This document shows, piece after piece, positions 23,544-30,200 of a stretch of DNA of 32,000 nucleotides. The stretch is from Methanothermus fervidus DSM 2088 (GTDB lineage: Archaea; Methanobacteriota; Methanobacteria; DSM-2088; Methanothermaceae), in NCBI GenBank assembly GCA_000166095.1, contig CP002278.1:1050001-1082000 (forward strand), read 5' to 3'. The stretch's first letter is position 1, and each line of letters begins with the position of its first letter. The notes under the pieces were generated by a model, which saw nothing but the letters and a program-made list of their open reading frames with translations, was not told where the DNA came from and ran no database searches. The position numbers and the translations under genes were made by a program.

Positions 23544-23639
23544 TTAACTTCAATAACGAAGAGAGAGGTAAATTTCAAGTGTAATAGCTAGAGAGAATTA
23601 AGGAGAGGTAGTTATAAGTTATAACTTATAAGTTATAAG
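23544..23639 (+). repeat. Intergenic repeat, copy A of the core module L2 (…TTCAATAA.GAAGAGAGAGGTAAATTTCAAGTGTAATAGCTAGAGAGAATTAAGGAGAGGTAGTTATAAGTTATAACTTATAAGTTATAAG)
   Basis: It is nearly identical to 25179-25279 and 30582-30681, with only a few substitutions. It contains the perfect 20-bp palindrome TTATAAGTTATAACTTATAA (23612-23631), which is also four [G/C]TTATAA heptads. It sits between the cbiB stop and the CobN-like gene start. Confidence 0.85.
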
Positions 23640-24515
23640 CGAGGAAAATAATGCTGAAACTATAGCCAAATACAAAATTATGGAAACTACAGCCAGCCTG
23701 ACAGCCTTATCTATCGAATTTTCATTTAACTTCCCGTCGTCTCCTAAAACATAATGGTCTGGCTTTTCTAATTTTGCTTGTAATGCACCAGCAGTGGCCG
23801 CCATTGGATAACCTGCATTTGGACTGTCAGGGACCTTAGAATCTCTTAACATTATTTTAAAGCTATTTCTCCAATCCATATTTAAAAGTAGTGAAGCAAA
23901 GACTATTAACATTCCAGTGATCCGTGCAGGTATAAAATTAAGTATATCATCTAATTTCGCTGGGAACCATCCAATTTCTCTATACTCTTTATTCTTATAT
24001 CCAATCATTGCATCAAGTGTATTCACAACCCTATAAAATACTGCACCATATATCCCAAAAAACAATGCATAAAAAATCGGAGACACTACAGAATCCACAA
24101 TATTTTCACTTAAACTCTCTATGGCCGCTGAAATAATCTGTGTCCTTGATAATTCACTTGTATCTCTACTTACAATTTCAGATACTTTTTTGCGTGCAGA
24201 TTCTATATCATCCAACCTCTTTTTCACTTCTAATGGATATTTAATAAGTAATTTTATTGAAAACGTAGAAGATAAAATTATTGAATAAAGAATTATTTGT
24301 AAAAACATTGGAAGAAAAGCTATGAAATAAAGTGGAATTATATAAAGTATAGAAGTGAGGAAAGTGATTATAACACCTGAAATTTTCTTATTTGGTAATC
24401 TTACATATAAGAAATCTATAGTTTTACCAATCCAAACAACAGGATGAATTCTAGTTGGAAGTTCTCCAATTAAATCCAATATTATCGCAAAAAATAAAAT
24501 AATTAAAAAATTCAT
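23619..24515 (-). CDS. cbiB: Adenosylcobinamide-phosphate synthase (CbiB/CobD)
   Basis: 298-aa membrane ORF with CbiB signatures (HPVVWIGK, DTSELSRTQIISAAIESLSENIVDSVVSPIFY, NTLDAMIGYKN, PNAGYPMAATAGAL). Its start overlaps the upstream CYTH gene stop (ATGA, 24512-24515). Confidence 0.9.
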   Translation of the reverse strand: MNFLIILFFAIILDLIGELPTRIHPVVWIGKTIDFLYVRLPNKKISGVIITFLTSILYIIPLYFIAFLPMFLQIILYSIILSSTFSIKLLIKYPLEVKKRLDDIESARKKVSEIVSRDTSELSRTQIISAAIESLSENIVDSVVSPIFYALFFGIYGAVFYRVVNTLDAMIGYKNKEYREIGWFPAKLDDILNFIPARITGMLIVFASLLLNMDWRNSFKIMLRDSKVPDSPNAGYPMAATAGALQAKLEKPDHYVLGDDGKLNENSIDKAVRLAVVSIILYLAIVSALFSSLITYKL

Positions 24516-25060
24516 TGTTGGTGCCTTTTCTTTTCTAAATAAAGCTCAAGGTATGATCTTCTCTCAAAATTATTCTTTATATTTAATTTTTTACAAATTT
24601 TAAAGGCATGGTCCACATATTCTTTAATTTTATTTTTATTTTTTACATTCTTCTCAACTTCAATAAATTTACCAACTTTATATACATCATCAAGACAAAT
24701 CTCAAAATCTTTAAACTTGTAAACTTTTCTTTTTTTCTTTATTGTTGCTACTGCTTTGTAACCAAGGAATTTAAGTATTTCAACCATATTTTTTAAATTT
24801 TCTATACCAACTTCAACCTCTTCTCTAGTTTTACTAATTTTATCTATTTTTGGACCTTTATATGTTAAAATTATTTTAGTTTTTTCATTTTCGATCTTTC
24901 TAATTCTCAATGCTTCATCAGTCTTTGAAAAGTCTCTGTCTGGAGCATTGAAATAAATATCTTCTTGATATATTTCCTCAATTTTTTCTGCTCCTAATTT
25001 TTTTAACCTGTCTTCAATTTCTTTTAAATTATTAACATGGGCTTTCACTTCGACTTCCAT
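24512..25060 (-). CDS. CYTH-domain protein (CyaB-type class IV adenylyl cyclase / triphosphatase family)
   Basis: 182-aa ORF starting MEVEVKAHV (the ExExK motif of CYTH), with ALRIR, LTYKG, REEVEV and FIEVE strand motifs. A GAGGAG ribosome-binding site lies 6 nt upstream. Confidence 0.8.
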   Translation of the reverse strand: MEVEVKAHVNNLKEIEDRLKKLGAEKIEEIYQEDIYFNAPDRDFSKTDEALRIRKIENEKTKIILTYKGPKIDKISKTREEVEVGIENLKNMVEILKFLGYKAVATIKKKRKVYKFKDFEICLDDVYKVGKFIEVEKNVKNKNKIKEYVDHAFKICKKLNIKNNFERRSYLELYLEKKRHQQ

Positions 25061-25073
25061 GAGCTACTCCTCA

Positions 25074-25102
25074 ATTTCCATACTATTTAGTCTATTTAAA
25101 AC
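25074..25102 (-). repeat. Solitary CRISPR-repeat-like unit (SR) on the minus strand: GTTTTAAATAGACTAAATAGTATGGAAAT
   Basis: This is the reverse complement of 25074-25102. It matches the units at 30765-30794, 30829-30858 and 25311-25340. It lies in the predicted 5' UTR of the CYTH-cbiB operon and ends 13 nt before the ATG. Confidence 0.75.
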
Positions 25103-25139
25103 ATGCATGAGACGAATAATTTTCATTTTTTATTTTAAT

Positions 25140-25303
25140 ATATATAGTTTTTTCTAAGTATTATTGCGTTGGAGAGAGAAAATCAATTTCAATAAGAAGA
25201 GAGGGAGGTAAATTTCAAGTGTAATAGCTAGAGAGAATTAGGGAGAGATAGTTATAAGTTATAACTTATAAGTTATAAGTGAAATAGAGATAGACTTATC
25301 AAG
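25140..25303 (+). repeat. Leader-like repeat, copy B (module L1 at 25140-25178 plus core module L2 at 25179-25303)
   Basis: It is collinear with 30425-30463 plus 30582-30705 and partly with 23544-23639 and 18595-18623. It starts with a TATATATA box (25140-25147) readable on both strands. It contains the 20-bp palindrome at 25252-25271. Confidence 0.85.
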
Positions 25304-25310
25304 CAAGATA

Positions 25311-25340
25311 TTCTAAGAATAGACTAAATAGTATGGAAAT
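25311..25340 (+). repeat. Solitary CRISPR-repeat-like unit (SR), 5' third diverged: TTCTAAGAATAGACTAAATAGTATGGAAAT
   Basis: The 3' 21 nt are identical to the unit at 30774-30794. The unit is followed by AGAAAAAAGGTGA (a ribosome-binding site) and the ATG at 25360. Confidence 0.7.
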
Positions 25341-25359
25341 AGAAAAAAGGTGATAGTTT

Positions 25360-25605
25360 ATGCCTAAAGCAACGTTAGCTACAGGAATTATAGCAATAGG
25401 TGCTGGTCTAGCAATAGGTTTTGCAGGTTTAGGAGCTGGAGTAGGACAGGGAGTAGTTGGATCATCCTCAGTTGGAGCAATAGTTGAAGATCCTGGATCA
25501 TTTGGTAAAAGCCTCCTATTTACAGCTCTACCAGAAACTCACACAATCTTTGGATTCATTATTGCTATAATGTTGATAATGTTTTCAGGAATGATGGGCG
25601 GATAA
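25360..25605 (+). CDS. A/V-type ATPase proteolipid (subunit K/c)-like protein with a single two-helix hairpin, located outside any ATPase operon
   Basis: 81-aa ORF with a Gly/Ala-rich first helix (GAGLAIGFAGLGAGVGQGVVG) and a second helix carrying a conserved acidic residue (ALPETHTIFGFIIAIML). An AGGTGA ribosome-binding site lies 7 nt upstream. Confidence 0.7.
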   Translation: MPKATLATGIIAIGAGLAIGFAGLGAGVGQGVVGSSSVGAIVEDPGSFGKSLLFTALPETHTIFGFIIAIMLIMFSGMMGG

Positions 25606-25750
25606 GCTACTCCTATTTTGAGCCACTCCCTACGGAGCTTCCTGATTCATAGAGAAAACTTGCCCAAAGACTATATCCCTATAGGAGATAGTCCTGAGTA
25701 GAGGTTTTCTCTCAGGTAGGCTATCTAGGGCTATCTTTTCCCTGACATCC
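25605..25750 (+). repeat. Intergenic repeat, module E copy 2 (AGCTACTCCT...CATAGAGAAAACTTGCCCAAAGACTAT...ATAGTCCTGAGTAGAGGTTTTCTCTCAGG)
   Basis: It shares CATAGA[G/A]AAAACTTGCCCAAA[G/A]ACTAT and TTTTCTCTCAG with 30213-30251. It shares ATAGTCCT.AGTAG with 18497-18510. It begins at the last base of the proteolipid gene stop codon. Confidence 0.7.
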
Positions 25751-25802
25751 AAACTTTTTGGGCTAAATTATTATATAAACAAAAATAAAAGCGGTGAGAA
25801 CT

Positions 25803-26582
25803 ATGATCTATTATATTATCTATTTTATTACCGGTCTTCTAGCAGGAGTTGTAGGTGGACTTTTGGGCACAGGTGGTTGTGTCATAATGATGCCAGTAAT
25901 TCGTTTTGGTTTCCATTTTGATCCGGCTATTGCGGTAGGAACAACTTTAACTGCTGTGGTTTTTACTGCCGGTTTCGGTGCCTTTCAACATATCAAAATG
26001 AAAAATGTTGATAAAGAAACTGCGCTTTTAACCGGTTATTCAGGAATTTTAGGAGTAATTATCGGCTCAATTATTTTTGGCTACATCAAAAATCATGGTA
26101 ACCTGATTGATTTGATTGTTGGTATCGCTTTCATTGTTGTTTCTTTACGAATGCTTTATGAGGGATTATTCGCCAAAATTAAGCAAGTTGAACAAGTGCA
26201 AAAAATTCCAGGGACGCCTCTCTCTAAAACGATTATAGGTTCAGTTATTGGCACTTTAACTGGTATTATTGGTTTAGGAGGAGGCTATGCTCTTGTCCCA
26301 TCGTATACTTTATTCTTGAGATCTCCGATAAAGTTGGCTATCGGTACTTCTATGGCTGCTTTTGTCTGGATAGCTTTGGTTGGTGCCATCTACAAAATAT
26401 TCCAGGGAGTTGTCAATATTCCAGCAGCGATTGCTTTGGGCATTGGTGCAGCGATTGGGGCGATTTATGGAGCAAAATTAGTAGCGAAATTTAAATCCAA
26501 TGTCTTAAAAATCTTGTTTGGTCTTTTATTTACCTATGTCTCTTTGAAATATATATTAATTTACTTTGGCATCGTTATTTAA
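25803..26582 (+). CDS. TauE/SafE family sulfite-exporter-like permease
   Basis: Polytopic membrane ORF with the internally duplicated TauE pattern (GLLAGVVGGLLGTGGCVIMMP and GTLTGIIGLGGGYALVP). The ATG at 25803, with GGTGA 5 nt upstream, is preferred over the GTG at 25794. Confidence 0.85.
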   Translation: MIYYIIYFITGLLAGVVGGLLGTGGCVIMMPVIRFGFHFDPAIAVGTTLTAVVFTAGFGAFQHIKMKNVDKETALLTGYSGILGVIIGSIIFGYIKNHGNLIDLIVGIAFIVVSLRMLYEGLFAKIKQVEQVQKIPGTPLSKTIIGSVIGTLTGIIGLGGGYALVPSYTLFLRSPIKLAIGTSMAAFVWIALVGAIYKIFQGVVNIPAAIALGIGAAIGAIYGAKLVAKFKSNVLKILFGLLFTYVSLKYILIYFGIVI

Positions 26583-26872
26583 CCACTACAGAGATAAATA
26601 AAGTGAATAGGATGCGACTCTAGGAATAAAACTTTGTAGGAACCGAGATGTTAAGAGGTAACTAATCCACAAATGAGTAAAAAATTGAAAGTGAGGGCAT
26701 GATGGTGAAATCAGATTCAAAGACCTCTTCTGTCCTTCATTTATTTTTACCATTATTCAAGCCGGACTTACAACCTCTAGCGGTCCTGCAATGGTTTCAT
26801 ATATTAAAGATCTGTGTGTAAAACAGAACAAATGGCTTGATAAAAAACATTAAAGAGGATTAAAATTGAACA

Positions 26873-26978
26873 AGAGTAAAAGAAGAGTTGTGTATATTTT
26901 TAAAACAAATGCTAGTTTTGTTCATCTATATAAATACTTTTCTTATTTCTTAATCCCCGATAGAGTGGAAATCTGTTT
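26873..26978 (+). repeat. Promoter-like repeat module P, copy 1 (…CATCTATATAAATACTTTTCTTATTTCTTAATCCCCGATAGAGTGGAAATCTGTTT), upstream of the KaiC-like gene
   Basis: It is collinear with 30466-30576, differing by a few substitutions and one short indel. It contains the strong TATA box TATATAAATA (26927-36; second copy at 30525-34). Confidence 0.8.
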
Positions 26979-27016
26979 AATTCTGAAAAAATATTAAAAT
27001 AAAAAAATTTATTAGT

Positions 27017-27772
27017 ATGGGTAGACAAAACATGAAAAACATGAAAAAAGTAAAAACCGGAATTCCTGGAATGGATGATATATTACATGGAGGAATACCT
27101 GAAAGAAATATAGTTTTGTTGTCTGGTGGTCCAGGCACTGGAAAAACAATATTTTGTCAGCAATTTCTATATAAAGGTGTTAAAGAGTATAATGAGCCAG
27201 GAATTTTAGTAGCATTAGAAGAGCATCCTGTACAAATCAGGGAAAATATGAAACAATTTGGGTGGGATGTTAGAGAACTTGAAGAAGAAGAAGAAAAATT
27301 TGTCATAGTTGATGCATTTACATCTGGAATAGGACGTGCTGCAAAAAGAGAAAAATATATAGTAAAGGATCCAAACGATGAAAGAGAATTAATCGATGTT
27401 TTAAGAACTGCTATAAATGATATTGGAGCTAAAAGAGTAGGAATTGATTCCGTAACTACCCTCTACATAAATAAACCAATGATGGCCAGAAAAACAGTGT
27501 TTCTATTAAAGAGAGTCATTTCCGGTTTAGGATGCACTGCTATTTTTACATCTCAAATTTCTGTTGGAGAGAGAGGATTTGGAGGCCCTGGAGTTGAGCA
27601 TGCTGTTGATGGAATTATAAGGTTAGATTTAGATGAAATAAAAGGAGAATTAAAAAGAAGTTTGATCGTTTGGAAAATGAGAGGAACCAATCATTCTTTA
27701 AAAAGACGTCCATTTGATATAACTGATAAAGGAATTTATGTACACTCAGATAAAGTATTAAAAATTAGATGA
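27017..27772 (+). CDS. KaiC-like / RecA-superfamily ATPase (single KaiC domain)
   Basis: The N-terminus is typical of KaiC/RadA-like proteins ([41 protein letters not shown], Walker A). A Walker B-like RVGIDSV and [12 protein letters not shown] are also present. Alternative starts are at 27032 and 27041. Confidence 0.85.
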   Translation: MGRQNMKNMKKVKTGIPGMDDILHGGIPERNIVLLSGGPGTGKTIFCQQFLYKGVKEYNEPGILVALEEHPVQIRENMKQFGWDVRELEEEEEKFVIVDAFTSGIGRAAKREKYIVKDPNDERELIDVLRTAINDIGAKRVGIDSVTTLYINKPMMARKTVFLLKRVISGLGCTAIFTSQISVGERGFGGPGVEHAVDGIIRLDLDEIKGELKRSLIVWKMRGTNHSLKRRPFDITDKGIYVHSDKVLKIR

Positions 27773-27784
27773 AAGGTGTTAGTT

Positions 27785-28276
27785 ATGATTCCATTAGTGC
27801 CTACATCAAAAACTGAAATAAATAAGTTAGAACATGTTTTAGTGTTAGGAACATTGTTTAGACCCGAAATTTTGAAATTAATAAAGGATCCTAGAGAAAG
27901 AATTACCTGGGTTGAATCTTTAGCTGTTGCTTCAGGGAGCATAGCAAGAGAAAAAGCAGGGTACACTGTAAGGGAAATAGCGGAAGAATTAGGAAGAACA
28001 GAACAAACAATTAGAAAACATGTGAAGGGTGAAACAAAGGCTGGAAAATTAGTCAGAGAAACCTATAATATGATAAAAGAAGGAAAACTAGACATGTCAG
28101 AGTTGGAAGATTTTTTAGAAACTACTGTTAGAAAAGAAGAATTAGAATCAAAATTATCAAAAGTTAAAGAATTAGATAAAAAATTAGAGAAACTTAAAAA
28201 AGAAAATGAAAAACTCAACACAAAACTAGAAAAAGTCAGGGAAAAATTGGAAGAAATATTAGAGGACATAAAATAA
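27785..28276 (+). CDS. Helix-turn-helix protein with a C-terminal coiled coil
   Basis: The HTH-like segment is YTVREIAEELGRTEQTIRKHVKG. The C-terminal 60 aa are a K/E/L heptad-rich coiled coil (ELESKLSKVKELDKKLEKLKKENEKLNTKLEKVREKLEEILEDIK). The ATG at 27785 lies 6 nt after AAGGTG and 12 nt after the KaiC-like gene stop. Confidence 0.65.
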   Translation: MIPLVPTSKTEINKLEHVLVLGTLFRPEILKLIKDPRERITWVESLAVASGSIAREKAGYTVREIAEELGRTEQTIRKHVKGETKAGKLVRETYNMIKEGKLDMSELEDFLETTVRKEELESKLSKVKELDKKLEKLKKENEKLNTKLEKVREKLEEILEDIK

Positions 28277-28278
28277 TA

Positions 28279-28758
28279 TTATACGTACATTCTGTCACTT
28301 TCTTTACCTTTTTCAATATCTTCACCACATTCTTTATGTATTTTCCACAAAACATGGAGTTTTGCCTTAAACACCCTCTTTATGGTGGACATCAATTTGT
28401 CTTTACTTAAACCATCTTTATATATTACGTCTCTAACAACATAACCCTGCAATACATCGTCATTTTCCTGAATTTCAAAATCAACAAGAAATTTATTCAA
28501 TGAAAATTTTATATCCCACATAAATTCCCTACGTTCTTTCCTGTTTAAATCTCTAAGTTTTTGCACATGTTCTGGACTAACTTTCGTAGCACATCCAACA
28601 ATAATCACATCTGATTTTCCAAGAGGTTGTATGACATCCATGTAATGTCCTGGGGGACATTCAATTAAAAAATGAAAATTTGCCGATTTATCACTCATTT
28701 CTTCCTTATACATATCTTCCTCTAATAACCATTCTCTAATTTTTTCCTTGATTTCCAT
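28279..28758 (-). CDS. Conserved hypothetical cytoplasmic protein of unknown function
   Basis: 159-aa ORF with non-repetitive composition and coding-like periodicity. It is tightly packed after the 267-aa gene with a 14-nt gap. I recognise no motif with certainty. Confidence 0.55.
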   Translation of the reverse strand: MEIKEKIREWLLEEDMYKEEMSDKSANFHFLIECPPGHYMDVIQPLGKSDVIIVGCATKVSPEHVQKLRDLNRKERREFMWDIKFSLNKFLVDFEIQENDDVLQGYVVRDVIYKDGLSKDKLMSTIKRVFKAKLHVLWKIHKECGEDIEKGKESDRMYV

Positions 28759-28772
28759 ATTTTTTACACACC

Positions 28773-29576
28773 CTATGTTTTATATACTTTCAAAACAAAA
28801 TCACATACCTGATTTTCAAAATATGGTGGATCTAGTAGAATTGATTTTTTTATTTTCACAATATAAACATTGTCATCTGGTATTGAATTTAAATTTAACC
28901 AGATTACTTGCTTTTCACTTTTTACCATTGATTTTATTCTATCGTTTAAATTATAAAATTTTTCTGAATTGAAATCATTATTAGGATTTTCCACAGTATT
29001 TAAATTCCACAAAATATTACTTGCATTTGATATTAAAAAATAATTGTATTGATTAAGTTCAGAAGTAGTGACAGAAAAATGTTTTGAAATTTTTGATGGA
29101 ATAGGGCCTACTTCAGAATCTGTTTTGTTTGCATCAATCTTTATCACAACACAATCTGCAAAAAAATCACACACTACGGTTCTATTTACAACCACAACTT
29201 CTTGAGAAGAAATAGGTGGATCCTCCTTAATTACAATTTTTCCTCCATTTTTTGGATAAAGTATTAAGCTTGTGGTCGTATTTGGCAATATTTTTCCAAT
29301 TAATTCATCATAATTTTCTTTTAATTTTAAAATTTTCTTAAAAGATAAGACATTCCCACTATTTTCTTTTTTTAATCCAAGTATTACATCGCTTGAATTC
29401 CAAGTCCCATAGGTATTTACGAGAATGTCTACTGCTCCTCTTACTTGTCTCTCTAAATTAAATCTATAATATTGATCACTTGTGTTTTTTATTAAATTAT
29501 CAACTGTATTTACAGAAATTCCAAAAATAATTACGATAACTATAAGAGAAAGAAGTAAATCTGTGGATAATATCAT
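28773..29576 (-). CDS. Hypothetical protein with an N-terminal hydrophobic anchor (pilin-like / class III signal-like), Asn/Ser-rich
   Basis: 267-aa ORF with an N-terminal MILSTDLLLSLIVIVIIFGI segment and no other transmembrane helix. Its start lies 2 nt after the dedA stop, which implies an operon. Confidence 0.55.
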   Translation of the reverse strand: MILSTDLLLSLIVIVIIFGISVNTVDNLIKNTSDQYYRFNLERQVRGAVDILVNTYGTWNSSDVILGLKKENSGNVLSFKKILKLKENYDELIGKILPNTTTSLILYPKNGGKIVIKEDPPISSQEVVVVNRTVVCDFFADCVVIKIDANKTDSEVGPIPSKISKHFSVTTSELNQYNYFLISNASNILWNLNTVENPNNDFNSEKFYNLNDRIKSMVKSEKQVIWLNLNSIPDDNVYIVKIKKSILLDPPYFENQVCDFVLKVYKT

Positions 29577-29578
29577 TT

Positions 29579-30181
29579 TTAACCCCTATTTTTAGCTATA
29601 ATATAAATTATAACTATTACGATACCTATTGCAACAATATAATCAAGTTTATGAAATATTTCAACCACCGATTTCCAATGTGGACCTAATGAATAACCTA
29701 CATATGCTAACATATAACACCATGGTATAGAACCTATGAAAGTATAAATACTAAATTTTTTTAGATCCATTTTGGCTGTACCTGCAGGTAATGAAATAAA
29801 TGTTCTTACAATTGGCATTACTCTACTTATAAATACAGCCTCATGTCCATATCTTTTAAACCATTTATCAGCCATTTCAAGTTTTTTCTTTGTAATAAAA
29901 ATATATTTACCATATTTTTCCAAAAATGGTCTTCCACCTTTTATCCCAACAAAATATGCAATCCACGACCCAACTAAATTTCCTAAAGCTCCAGCCATAA
30001 CTACAAGATATAAATTCAAATTTCCTTTCCAGGCAACATAACCGCTAAAAGGCATTATAATTTCACTAGGTAGGGGAATACATGCGCTTTCAAGTACCAT
30101 AGTGAAAAAAATGCCAATATATCCTGTTGATTCTATCAGCGAGATTATAAAGTTAGCGATTGTTTCAACAATGCCTGCCAT
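29579..30181 (-). CDS. DedA / SNARE-associated family membrane protein
   Basis: DedA motifs are present (ESACIPLPSEIIMPFSGY, GALGNLVGSWIAYFVGIKGGRPFLEKYG, RVMPIVRTFISLPAG). The start is set at the ATG at 30181, preceded by GGGGTGAAGAA. The 38 codons upstream in the track ORF run through repeat module E. Confidence 0.85.
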   Translation of the reverse strand: MAGIVETIANFIISLIESTGYIGIFFTMVLESACIPLPSEIIMPFSGYVAWKGNLNLYLVVMAGALGNLVGSWIAYFVGIKGGRPFLEKYGKYIFITKKKLEMADKWFKRYGHEAVFISRVMPIVRTFISLPAGTAKMDLKKFSIYTFIGSIPWCYMLAYVGYSLGPHWKSVVEIFHKLDYIVAIGIVIVIIYIIAKNRG

Positions 30182-30200
30182 TTCTTCACCCCAATTTTTT

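Noticed and set aside
23576-23590. The GTG-TAA-TAG start-stop minimal ORF after an SD-like box in the L2 core, considered as a regulatory mini-ORF
   Set aside because: It is conserved in all three copies, but there is no evidence it is translated. It is kept as a descriptive note rather than a feature.
25074-25340. Reading 25074-25340 as a MITE or IS-like element with 29-nt terminal inverted repeats
   Set aside because: No transposase is present, no target-site duplication is visible at the flanks (…CTCA|ATTTCC… versus …GGAAAT|AGAA…), and the same terminal unit occurs in direct tandem with a spacer at 30765-30858. That fits a CRISPR-type repeat better. The MITE reading is not fully excluded without genome-wide copies.
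26699-26821. 40-aa ORF (MMVKSDSKTSSVLHLFLPLFKPDLQPLAVLQWFHILKICV) with a GTGAGGG purine patch upstream
   Set aside because: It is too short and has no recognisable motif. It overlaps a different frame that looks like a gene remnant, so it cannot be supported as a gene.
26944-26972. Treating ATTTCTTAATCCCCGATAGAGTGGAAATC in module P as a fifth, degenerate CRISPR-like repeat
   Set aside because: Only the 3' 12 nt (TAGAGTGGAAAT) align convincingly, and the 5' half matches at roughly chance level for AT-rich DNA. It is mentioned as weak similarity only.
28742-28790. TATGGAAAT at the start of the 159-aa gene, resembling the 3' end of the CRISPR-like unit
   Set aside because: The match is limited to 9 nt that simply encode Met-Glu-Ile. 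The upstream sequence does not align with the rest of the unit.
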